Shown here: one piece after another, positions 1 through 9,623 of the stretch
How positions within the stretch are numbered: position 1 is the stretch's first letter
Layout of the letters: the number at the start of each line of letters is the position of its first letter
NCBI GenBank assembly: GCA_045047305.1
Contig: JASFYO010000015.1
Coordinates: 1 to 61,218 of the forward strand
Direction: 5' to 3'
Source of the DNA: Planctomycetota bacterium
GTDB taxonomy: Bacteria > Planctomycetota > UBA1135
Length of the DNA: 61,218 nt
Notes under the pieces: model-generated
Databases searched by the model: none
Told to the model about the DNA's origin: nothing
What the model saw: only the letters and a program-made list of their open reading frames with translations
Position numbers and translations under genes: made by a program

Positions 1-11
1 ATTAGGAAAGA

Positions 12-3000
12 ATGATTTTTACTTCGTTTCTTTTAGGCGCGTTGGGCGCCTTCTCTCCCCAACAAGCTGAGTTTTCTTTTGAGGATGCAACTTCTGATGT
101 TGAATTGCGTCGGACGACTGGAAGAGTCACCGAGAGTTACTACACCAGCCTTACTTTTGACGCGCACACTCTCGGCGGTTCCTTTGTCGACCTGAACGGT
201 GACGGCTACCCGGAATTAGTGCTTCCGGCTCAGCGAGCAAATGATGCTCCAGAGTTTCAAACCGAGGGCGGCTTCGTCATTCTCGCGAATTTGCCGGGTC
301 CCAATTTCGCCACCGACCCAACCGACAGGTTTTTTGACAACACACCTCTTGCAAAAGGACCACAGGGCAATGGCCTTGCCGACACCCCCTTCCCCGGCTC
401 CAGAGGCCATGAAGTGCAAGGAATCCAAGCGGCGGACTTCAACAACGACGGCAAGTTAGACCTCCTAGTCGTTTGTGGCGGCACCTATTTTTCTTCGCAG
501 CTGGGTACTGGTCAGGTCAACATGGACCCTTTTGAAGGCGTGGTTCCCGGTAGTGGAGGGCCTGTCGATGAACCGATGCGCAATCTACTGTTCATAAATT
601 TCACGGAAACCAAGGCCGACGTCGAGAATCAAGGATTGGTTTTTGACCCAGGTAGTTTTTCATTTGGCTTAGTTGAACACAATGATTTGGACCCTACCCC
701 GTCACCCAAAGATGGTTACGGGATTCAATACAGCCAAGAGCCTTCCTCGGTTTCGCCGTATTATGTGGACTTACAAAGCGGAGCTGTAGTTAACGGCCAA
801 GCTGTCGATAACAAAACAATTTTCCCTACGTTCTCTTCTGTGGCAGCCGTTGCTGACATGAACCGCGATGGTAAGTTGGATTTGTTTATTGGTTCGCACC
901 ACAAGTCCGGCAAGGCTTTTGGGTTTCGCAATGGGCAAATGAATGCAATCTATTTGAACACGGGAAACGTGCCCCGGACCTTAGACGTGCAGGAAACCTC
1001 CTTAGGGCAATTTGTGAGTGTAAGCCAAGCTTCGGCAAACGTACCCCAATACGCAGAAGTTTCTTATGATCGCAGGAATTACCCGAGTGCTTTCCCATCG
1101 CTGGGGTCCGGTGACTCCCCAACAGATTTGATTGCTTGGGAGGACTATCTACCTATTTTTGGGTTGCAGGGACGGTGCAATTGCCCCAACTCCTACATCC
1201 TTCCCTGTTTTAAGCCCGAGAAGCGGTTTTCTGCTACCAATGCAGCCGTCTTCACAGATGTGAATAATGATAATTGGCCTGATTTAATCCTGACCAACAA
1301 AGGATTTGGTGCCAGCCCTTTCCAAGGCCCCTTGCATAATCCTGGAGGCTTACCATTCTTTGATTCCTTCTCATTCCTAGACAGCGACATGATTTATATT
1401 AATCGTGGAGTTCGAGAGGTTTCTCCAGGAGTCTATAAGTGGCTTGGTTTCTGGAACCGAACCTGGGACATCATGGAGAAATTGCCTGCGGGCGATTTCG
1501 AGACCAGCGCTCCAATGGGCATTGCCGTTGCCGACTATGACATGGATGGCGACATGGATTTCTTCTTGAACGATGTCTCCTACCACGGCAAAGAATTGGA
1601 AGACCGATTTGAAGTGACGACTGCCACAGATATCAGCATGGGGGGTATGTTTTTCAAAAATGAGACGGTCAGGGCAGAAACTGGGATGGAGCAAACAGAC
1701 ATTTCGTTTGTGCCGTCTGGAACTGGCACCACTTCGGTTTACGGGGGAGGTGCCATGGATTTACATGGAGACTTCACGGTGCCCATGTGGTTTGGTTGGG
1801 GTGCAACCTTTGGCGATTTCGACATGGACGGAGACGAAGACCTTTACTGTGGAGCCAGTGCTAACCTTGCACCGATTGACGATGACTTTGGGACAGGGGG
1901 GACAAACCTTTACTTGGATGCAATTTTCCCGGGTACGCTTCCTGTTGTTAACAATACTTCCCCCCCCGGTGCTCCAAGAGGCGTTATGGGATCGAATGTT
2001 TGAGAACACTCGTGTGGGCCAGGATCTCATAGATTTCTATGCAGGGACCAATGGCCCGCAAATGATTGACTATAATCCTTCTGAAGATCACACAGTTAAT
2101 GGATCAGGCGGGACTGCCCAGTTCACAAATGCCTATGTCCAAGGGAATGTCATTCGTCGTGAATTAACCACCAACATCATCGCGGGGGATTATGATCAAG
2201 ATGGCTATTTAGATTTGGTTGTGATTCCTGGAGGAGATTCTAATACCTCCAATACCAGCCTTCAGGTATTTCATGGTTTGGGAAATACCGCCCAAGTGAA
2301 CTCCTGTTTGGTTGTGAAGCTTGATGGCGGAAATTCTTGCGTGAATTGCACTAAGATTCCAGTGGGCGCTAAATTAATCGTGAAAGCGAAACTGGATGGT
2401 GTGGTCCAAAGCACTCAGTACAGAGAGTTTCGGATAGGTGGTGCGAATGGCGCCACAACGCATAGTTTGCCATTGGAGTTTGGCCTCGGCCTCCATCCAA
2501 CCACAACGGGCTCGGCTGATGACGTCTTTGTAAAGGTCGTTTGGCCTTGCGGGCATAAGGAGGTCTTCTATGTTGCCCTGACTCAAGGCACAGCCACTCT
2601 GACTACAACAACTTTGACTCATACTCCGCCAGCGGGAGGCCTTGGAACTCTTAGTGGGTGGTACGTTAGCGAGGTTGGTGTTTCGTCAGCAATGAATGAA
2701 ATGGACGGAATGGATCCAATCGTAGTGAATGCGCATTTGATATCACAAGGTGGTGGTTTGCAGCCTCTGGGAATTGCCGCCGCGGAGCTTTCTATACGGA
2801 AAGTTGGAACAACGGCCTACAAACCCATTGCTATGGATCATGTGTTCAAGCCAGGGATTGACGACACAGGACTCATTGTGATACCAGTGGGGGATTACTA
2901 TTTCGACGTATTACCAATGCGGTTACCTCTTGATACCACTACGAATGTGGACGGTTTTGAAATCCCAGGTTCCACAGATTTCGAATTACGTGTTCGTTCT

Positions 3001-3492
3001 TGGAATAGGCAACTTGGCTCAGCCGAAGGAACTACTGAGAATGGGGCAATCGCCCTGATGGAGATTCTTCCTGAAGAAACACCAGTAGATATAGGCAATT
3101 GGACTATTGAAAACGGCAACGTGGCAATTATCTCAAATGGGCTTGCGTTGCCCGCAGGGGCTGGAAGTGGTGGTGTCATCTCCAGGTCATTCCTTTTCCC
3201 CGCGGACACTAATTTCTCTCAGTTTCACATTGTTTTCCAGATTGAAGACACGGTTCTCAATCAACCCTACCAGTTGAGCGTTTCTTGCCCGGATCTAGGC
3301 GCAAGTGCTGTGCTGAAAATAGATTTTAATGGGACTGGTGGCCCCATGACCGTTTCGGGATTGCTTGAGCTTGAGCCACTGGCTTCACACAAAAACGTTT
3401 CCTTGTTCGTTTCGAATATTAGCCCCTCGCAATTGGTCGTTCCAATTACTGGCTTTTGGCGCGCCCACGGCCCAGAACTCTGCCCACAATAA
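12..3492 (+). pseudogene. Secreted FG-GAP repeat / ASPIC-UnbV (CRTAC1-like) protein, split by a one-base frameshift at a C8 tract
   Basis: ORF 12..2003 has a signal-like N-terminus and many FG-GAP Ca-binding motifs (DLNGDGYPEL, DFNNDGKLDL, DMNRDGKLDL, DVNNDNWPDL, DYDMDGDMDF, DFDMDGDEDL). The +1 frame continues with DYDQDGYLDL and an ASPIC/UnbV domain (GAKLIV...QYRE...LEFGLG...VVWPCG). Removing one C at 1960-1967 joins them into 1159 aa. Confidence 0.85.
1960..1967 (+). repeat. C8 homopolymer at the frameshift junction
   Basis: acttCCCCCCCCggtg read directly; C7 gives ...NNTSPPVLQEALWDRMFEN in frame. Confidence 0.9.
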
Positions 3493-3508
3493 GGATTGAA
3501 GGCCTTCT

Positions 3509-3540
3509 GCATGCGCTCCGTCTTGGAGCGCGTGCTTTTT
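3509..3540 (+). terminator. Rho-independent terminator
   Basis: gcatgcgctcc-gtctt-ggagcgcgtgc followed by ttttt, just after the stop at 3492. Confidence 0.75.
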
Positions 3541-3563
3541 ATGGTCCAACTTCCTAAGCGAAA

Positions 3564-5489
3564 TTAAACATTTTCCCGCGCAGCGAGAGCTTCCCAGCGC
3601 TCCATATCCACCTCAAGCGTGGACTCAAGTGCGGACCGTTCGCGTTGCAACTCGGCGGCGACATCGGGCGCTTCTTGGTAAGTTTCGGGAGCCAGAAGTT
3701 TGGTGTCGATGGTGGCCATGGCGCTTTCCACTTCCTCAATCTTCACCACCAAACCTTCAAGTTCCTTGCGTTCCTTGAAGCTGAGCTTCGCTGGTTGACC
3801 ACTGCTGGCAGCGCCAACCTTGCCGAGTTCCTGCGGCTTACTTTGCACCGACTTCTTCGAAACGCTTGCGGCGGTGGGTGGCGACCAGCGTTCCATAAGG
3901 GAGCTGACATCGCCGGTGTGCAGGAAAGCGCCGCCGAGACCGTCGAGGTGTAGCACGTGAGTCGCCACGCGATCGAGGAACCAGCGATCGTGACTGACTA
4001 AAAGTACACACCCCTTAAACGCGCAAAGTGCTTCTTCGAGTGCGCGCAGAGTCATCAAGTCGAGGTCGTTGGTCGGCTCGTCGAGAATCAGCACGTTGCA
4101 GTCTTGCAGCAGTAGTTTCGCCAGCAAGACCCGGCCGCGTTCGCCGCCGGAAAGCGACCCCACCTTGACCATCTTCTTATTGCCCGGGAAGAGGAAGCTA
4201 TCGAGGAACCCAGCCACGTGAATCTTGCGCTCGCCGACGGCCACGTGATCGGCCTTGCCCGCCACTTCTTCCACTACGGTGGCTTCGGGGTCTAACTCCT
4301 CGCGCTTTTGCTCAATGGTGCCAAAGACGACGGTCTCGCCCACGCTGATTTTCCCAGTGTCCGGCGGCAGCTGTCCCAGCAAAATACGCAGCAAAGTCGT
4401 TTTGCCCACGCCATTCGGCCCGACGACACCCAAACGCATGCCGTTTTCCATTTTGAAATCCAAGCTCTTCAAAATCGAGCGTTCGCCGTAAGCAAAGCCA
4501 ACTCCTTCCATTTCCAGCACCTTGGTGCCGAGGCGCGGGCCTGCTGGAATTTCCATTTCCAGTTCGGCGGGGCCAACCAGTTTGTCAGCACCAGCCAAAT
4601 CCTCATAACGCTCGATACGCGCCTTCGCTTTGGTCGCGCGCGCAAGCACTCCGGCGCGCATCCATGCAGTCTCTCGTTTCAGCAGCGCCAGTCGAGTTTT
4701 CTCAGACTTGGTTTCGCTTTCCAAACGCTCGGCACGACGTTCTAGGTAGGTGTGATAGTTGCCGGGATAAGAATGCGCCTTGCCGCGGTCCACTTCCACA
4801 ATGCGGTCAACCACGCGGTCGAGCAGGAAACGATCGTGGGTGACCAATATGAGTGGAATCTTCAGCGCGGATAGCTGCTTTTCCAGCCACGCGATGACGA
4901 AGGCATCTAAGTGGTTGGTCGGCTCATCGAGTAGTAGTAGATCCGGTGAGTCGACCAACAATCGCGCCAAGGCCACACGCCGGGATTCACCACCCGAAAG
5001 TGTGCCGCAAAGTGCGCTTGAATCCGTTAGCCCAACGCCATCAATTGCAGCCGCAATACGGTGCTCGACATCATGTCCGCCCATGGCGTCTAAGCGGTGC
5101 TGAAGCTCTTCCTGGCGCCGCGACAAAGTGGTCATGCGCTTTTCGGTGAGCTCGGGATCGGCAAACTCGGTGTAGAGTTCATCCAGCTCGGCGAGCACCT
5201 CGTTGCGCCCGGCTAAACCCAAACGCACCGCATCTTCAATCGTGATGTCGGGAGGAAAGTGCGGCTCCTGCTCCAAATATCCAATGCGCAGGTCCTTTCG
5301 CGCGACACGCTTGCCGGCATCGAGGGTTTCAATCCCAGCCAACATTTTGAGCAAGGTCGACTTGCCGGCGCCGTTTGGGCCAATCAGCCCAATCTTGTCC
5401 TTCGACGTCACCGTCAGGCTAATCCCGGTGAAAAGCGGGCGCTTTTCGTCGTAGGTTTTGGCGACATCGGTGAGGGTGAGGAGCGGCAT
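3564..5489 (-). CDS. ABC-F family ATPase (Uup-like)
   Basis: Two ABC cassettes (GPNGAGKST/LSGGE/LLLDEPTNHLD; GPNGVGKTT/LSGGE/LILDEPTNDLD), no TM segments, C-terminal KLSFKERKELE coiled coil. Confidence 0.9.
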   Translation of the reverse strand: MPLLTLTDVAKTYDEKRPLFTGISLTVTSKDKIGLIGPNGAGKSTLLKMLAGIETLDAGKRVARKDLRIGYLEQEPHFPPDITIEDAVRLGLAGRNEVLAELDELYTEFADPELTEKRMTTLSRRQEELQHRLDAMGGHDVEHRIAAAIDGVGLTDSSALCGTLSGGESRRVALARLLVDSPDLLLLDEPTNHLDAFVIAWLEKQLSALKIPLILVTHDRFLLDRVVDRIVEVDRGKAHSYPGNYHTYLERRAERLESETKSEKTRLALLKRETAWMRAGVLARATKAKARIERYEDLAGADKLVGPAELEMEIPAGPRLGTKVLEMEGVGFAYGERSILKSLDFKMENGMRLGVVGPNGVGKTTLLRILLGQLPPDTGKISVGETVVFGTIEQKREELDPEATVVEEVAGKADHVAVGERKIHVAGFLDSFLFPGNKKMVKVGSLSGGERGRVLLAKLLLQDCNVLILDEPTNDLDLMTLRALEEALCAFKGCVLLVSHDRWFLDRVATHVLHLDGLGGAFLHTGDVSSLMERWSPPTAASVSKKSVQSKPQELGKVGAASSGQPAKLSFKERKELEGLVVKIEEVESAMATIDTKLLAPETYQEAPDVAAELQRERSALESTLEVDMERWEALAARENV

Positions 5490-5526
5490 GCGGTGAGGAT
5501 TTTAGCGATGCCGCGGGGCAATGGAG

Positions 5527-6807
5527 CTATTCGTTGTCGGCGAAGTTGAGAGCGCCGACCACCACTTCCCGCAGCGCAACTGCAATCTGATCCACTTCTT
5601 CATCCGTGGTGCATGAAGGCGGCATGGCGTACATGATGTTGCCGAGTGGGCGCAGGAGGACGTTTTTTTGCGCACGGCATCCAGCACGCAAAGTTTCACC
5701 GAGTCCTGCAAGATAGCCTTCATCTTCGGTTTGCAGCTCAATGGCGACGATGCCTCCGCATTGCCGGACTTCCAGTACGCCGTCTTGCTGCTCCAGATTT
5801 TGCAGTTGCGCAAACAAGCGGTCGCCGATGCACTGCAACATCGCCGGCGTATTCTCCCGCCGTAGAATCTCCATCGACGCTAATCCAACCGCACATCCAA
5901 TCGGGTTACCAGTAAAGGTATGTCCGTGGAAGAATGCTTTCGCGCGTTCATCGGATAAGAATGCGCTGTAGATTTCCTCGGTCACCAAGGTTGCGGATAA
6001 GGGAAAGATGCCGCCGGTGAGTCCTTTGGCAAGACACATCACATCGGGAGCGATGTCCGCGGCATTGCAGGCGAAGCGATGTCCGGTGCGGCCGAATCCT
6101 GTCATGACTTCGTCGGCGATGAGGAAGATTTCGTTTTGCGTGCACTGAGTGCGAAGATCCTTGAGGAAATCGACGCTATGCATCTTCATGCCGGCGGCGC
6201 CTTGTACCAGCGGTTCCAAAATGAAACCGGCAACACGTCCTTCCAGGTCAGCCAATGCCGCTTCCACTGCTGCGATGTTTGGCGCTACTCGCACTACATG
6301 GAACAGGAAGGGCGAGAACTCTTCAAAGAAGGGTTCTGGCTCGCCAACCGACATCGCGCCGAAGGTGTCTCCGTGATAGCCGCCATCCAAGGCGAGGAAC
6401 ACGGTGCGTGATGGTTGACCGCGTCGTACCCAAGTTTGATACACAGCTTTTAATCCAACTTCAACCGCAGTGGAGCCGTTGTCGGAGTAGAACACACGGG
6501 ACAATCCGTCGGGCGTCATGTCGACTAGTTCTTCGGCCAACCGCACCGCCGGTTCATGGGTGAACCCCGCAAACATGATGTGGTCCAGTTTCACCGCCTG
6601 CTCCGCCATCGCAGCGGTGATCTCTGGGCGGGCGTGGCCGTGAAGGTTTGCCCACCAGGAAGAAATCGCATCGATGACTTCGGTGCCGTCGGCAAGGGTC
6701 AAGGTTGCATCCTTAGCAGCAACGACGGCTAAAGGTTCCGGGTCTAGCTGATGTTGGGTGTAAGGATGCCAACAAACTTTTTGATCGCGTTGGGGGAGGT
6801 TGCTCAA
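5527..6807 (-). CDS. bioA: Adenosylmethionine-8-amino-7-oxononanoate aminotransferase
   Basis: WHPYTQ, DAISSWW, DNGSTAVE, YHGDT, IADEVMTGFGRTG, AKGLTGG, HGHTFTGNP. Likely TTG start at 6807 overlapping the upstream stop (TTGA). Confidence 0.95.
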   Translation of the reverse strand: MSNLPQRDQKVCWHPYTQHQLDPEPLAVVAAKDATLTLADGTEVIDAISSWWANLHGHARPEITAAMAEQAVKLDHIMFAGFTHEPAVRLAEELVDMTPDGLSRVFYSDNGSTAVEVGLKAVYQTWVRRGQPSRTVFLALDGGYHGDTFGAMSVGEPEPFFEEFSPFLFHVVRVAPNIAAVEAALADLEGRVAGFILEPLVQGAAGMKMHSVDFLKDLRTQCTQNEIFLIADEVMTGFGRTGHRFACNAADIAPDVMCLAKGLTGGIFPLSATLVTEEIYSAFLSDERAKAFFHGHTFTGNPIGCAVGLASMEILRRENTPAMLQCIGDRLFAQLQNLEQQDGVLEVRQCGGIVAIELQTEDEGYLAGLGETLRAGCRAQKNVLLRPLGNIMYAMPPSCTTDEEVDQIAVALREVVVGALNFADNE

Positions 6808-8612
6808 AACAACTCTTGTAGCAATTGATGCAGCTGCGGCTCGCCGTCGAGCCAAAAATCCAAGTGCTCGGTTTGTAAATCTTTAAACCAAGGCACCTCA
6901 AAGATGGGGAGGTTGGGTAAGCGCTGTTCTAGGCTTGCGCGGTTCTGCGGATGCGGTTGACCGACGAGGAAAAGTGCGCGAAGGGAAATGTGGCGCGCGG
7001 CAAGTGCTTCCACGGTAAGCAGCGTGTGGTTTAAAGTTCCCAGGCCACTGCGTGCAACTAAGACCACAGGAGCATCGAGCGCTTGGAGGAAATCGGCTTG
7101 ATCTTGTTTCGAATTCCACGGTACCCGTAGTCCTCCCGCTCCTTCGAGAATCCATGTGCTATCAGGCGACGCTGTAAAAAGTTTTTGTGCGTCGCGTAGC
7201 ACTTGTTCCATCACGACTTCCTTACCGGCATCGTCGGCCGCCTGGTCGACGGAGGCGGGAAGGGGGAAGTGCACTAATGGTTTCGCTAACTGTGCAGCAT
7301 CGATGCCGGACAGTTTCTGCACCATGTCGGTGTCGGAAACTAAACCGGTTTGAATCGGTTTGAGGTATTGAGTGGCATGGTTTTGGCGTAAAGCAGCACG
7401 TATCAATAATGCAGAAACCACCGTTTTGCCAACATCGGTATCGGTGCCGCAAACGACTAGTGGTGTTGCACAGTTCGCCTTAGGGGTATCTTCAAGTAAA
7501 GATCTGCGCTCCTCCCGTTGCATAGCGGAAGTGACCGCTGCTGCCAAACCGTGGATCTCTTGTTCGCTATGTGCGGCATGCACCACGATGCGTAAGCGGC
7601 TGCTTCCTTGCGCGACCGTCGGTGGGCGTACCGCGCGGACTTCGAATCCAGCGTCGCGCACCTTTTGTGCAACCTCCATGGCGCGGTGGGCATCGCCAAC
7701 CATGACTGGGACAATCGGTGATTCCCCAGGACAGTGCATGCCTGCTTGTGCAAGTAACTCGCGTAGTAAACCGGCACGGGCAAAAACTGTTTGCGCATGC
7801 TCTGGTTCTGCCTGAACAATCTGCATCGCACGACGTAATCCCGCCGCAATCATGGGAGGGACTGCAGTGGTGAAGATAAAACTGCGTCCGTGATTGATTA
7901 GAGTTTCCACCACCAAACGTGATGCGCAAACCATGCCGCCTGCAACGCCTAGCGCTTTCCCGCCAGTGAACATGCGCGCGAGCAAACGTGGGTGCATTTC
8001 TCCTTCCACCGCATACAGGCCAGCGGCATGTGCCATATCCAAGATTAGGTAGGCATCGTGCTTCTCGCATAATTGTAAGAGAGCATGCAGCGGCGCACGG
8101 TCTCCATCCATGGAGTACACATCTTCTACCACCACAATTCTACGTCGGGCAGCCGGGTGCAGCAGAAGCGCGGCATCTAAAGCGGCAAGTTCGTTGTGTG
8201 CAAAAACTTCAACGCGGGCGCGGCTGAGGCGCGAGGCGTCGATGAGGGATGCATGATTCAGGGAATCGCAAAACAGCACATCGAGGCGGTTTGCAAAGGT
8301 GGTGAGTAAGGCAAGATTGGCTTGCCACCCTGTCGGGAATAACAATGCAGCTTCACTGCCCATCCATCTTGCCGCCTCGACTTCGACCTGCTCGTGCACG
8401 GGGTAGTTTCCATGCAGTAAACGCGCTGCGGGAGTGCCGACTCCATATGCGTCAGCTGCGTCTTTGGCAGCCCGGATGACGCGTTCATCCCGAGCCAGGC
8501 CGAGATAATCACTGGAGGTGAAATCTACAATGCTAGCATCGGGGAAAACCAACTTACGCTCTAAGCCAGCTTCCCGCCAAGTATCGGCCTCGGCGCGGAG
8601 CTGGTCTTGCAT
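6804..8612 (-). CDS. bioF-bioD: Fused 8-amino-7-oxononanoate synthase (BioF) / dethiobiotin synthase (BioD)
   Basis: N-terminal part has DYLGLA, DSLNHASLID, YSMDGD, DMAH, GKALG, IFTTA, RPPTV...RLRI (BioF). C-terminal part has GTDTDVGKT, KPIQTG, EGAGG, LGTLNHTLLT (BioD). Single uninterrupted ORF. Confidence 0.92.
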   Translation of the reverse strand: MQDQLRAEADTWREAGLERKLVFPDASIVDFTSSDYLGLARDERVIRAAKDAADAYGVGTPAARLLHGNYPVHEQVEVEAARWMGSEAALLFPTGWQANLALLTTFANRLDVLFCDSLNHASLIDASRLSRARVEVFAHNELAALDAALLLHPAARRRIVVVEDVYSMDGDRAPLHALLQLCEKHDAYLILDMAHAAGLYAVEGEMHPRLLARMFTGGKALGVAGGMVCASRLVVETLINHGRSFIFTTAVPPMIAAGLRRAMQIVQAEPEHAQTVFARAGLLRELLAQAGMHCPGESPIVPVMVGDAHRAMEVAQKVRDAGFEVRAVRPPTVAQGSSRLRIVVHAAHSEQEIHGLAAAVTSAMQREERRSLLEDTPKANCATPLVVCGTDTDVGKTVVSALLIRAALRQNHATQYLKPIQTGLVSDTDMVQKLSGIDAAQLAKPLVHFPLPASVDQAADDAGKEVVMEQVLRDAQKLFTASPDSTWILEGAGGLRVPWNSKQDQADFLQALDAPVVLVARSGLGTLNHTLLTVEALAARHISLRALFLVGQPHPQNRASLEQRLPNLPIFEVPWFKDLQTEHLDFWLDGEPQLHQLLQELF

Positions 8613-8633
8613 GGAGCGGTCCAGGATTAAATC

Positions 8634-9617
8634 CTAAACTTCGACCACGACCGACGGCGCACACTCACGAATGCCATGGAGGCCTAGGCGATCGAATAGC
8701 GCGACATCGGCATCTTTGCCACGATTTGGCGTGGTCAGGAGTTGGTCACCAAGGAAGATGGAGTTTGCGCCTGCCATGAAGCACATGGCTTGCGCTTCTT
8801 CTGACATAGCACTACGGCCGGCAGACAAACGCACCATGGATTCTGGCATCAGAATGCGCGCAACCGCAACCGCGCGCACCAATTGATCCCATGCGAGAGG
8901 AGGCGTGTCGCCAAGCGGCGTACCTTCAATTGGAACCAAGGTGTTGATGGGGACAGACTCTGGAGGTGGGCTTTGAATCGCGAGTTGATGCAACAAACCG
9001 ATGCGATCTTCCTCGCTTTCACCCATACCCAAGATGCCACCGCAGCAAACTTTCATGCCGGATTCGCGCACATTGGCCAAGGTTTCAAGGCGGTCGTCGT
9101 AGGTGCGGGTGGTGATGACCTCACCGTAATACTCTGGAGAAGTATCTAAGTTGTGGTTGTAGTAATCCAGGCCCGCCGACTTCAGGCGCTTGGCTTGTTC
9201 CACATCGAGCATGCCAAAGGTGCCGCAAGTTTCCAGACCGAGGTCTTTCACTTTGCCCACCATCTCTAGCACGTTTTCAAAATCCTGATTGTTCTTAATG
9301 TTGCGCCATGCAGCGCCCATGCAGAAACGATCGGCGCCACCATTTTTGGCGCGCTCGGCAGCCACGACTACATCTTCTGGATCCATCAAGGACTCACGCT
9401 CCAATCCGGAATCGTTATGCGCTGACTGCGAACAGTAACTGCAGTCTTCGGGGCAAGCGCCAGTTTTGATCGACAACAAAGTCGAACACTGCACTTCCCG
9501 TGGATCAAAATGCGCACGGTGCATGCGCGCCGCTTCAAACACGAGTTCTAGCAGCGGGCGGCGGTAAAGCTCAGCCACTTCGGCGCGTGTCAGCGTGGTC
9601 GTTTCCTCGGCAATCAT
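8634..9617 (-). CDS. bioB: Biotin synthase
   Basis: [17 protein letters not shown] radical SAM motif, [36 protein letters not shown]. Confidence 0.97.
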   Translation of the reverse strand: MIAEETTTLTRAEVAELYRRPLLELVFEAARMHRAHFDPREVQCSTLLSIKTGACPEDCSYCSQSAHNDSGLERESLMDPEDVVVAAERAKNGGADRFCMGAAWRNIKNNQDFENVLEMVGKVKDLGLETCGTFGMLDVEQAKRLKSAGLDYYNHNLDTSPEYYGEVITTRTYDDRLETLANVRESGMKVCCGGILGMGESEEDRIGLLHQLAIQSPPPESVPINTLVPIEGTPLGDTPPLAWDQLVRAVAVARILMPESMVRLSAGRSAMSEEAQAMCFMAGANSIFLGDQLLTTPNRGKDADVALFDRLGLHGIRECAPSVVVEV

Positions 9618-9623
9618 GGGAGC

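Noticed and set aside
1660..1959. N-terminal part of the 610 aa ORF 1660..3492 as an independent gene
   Set aside because: It overlaps the FG-GAP frame and looks non-coding until the C8 tract; it is the continuation of the frameshifted gene.
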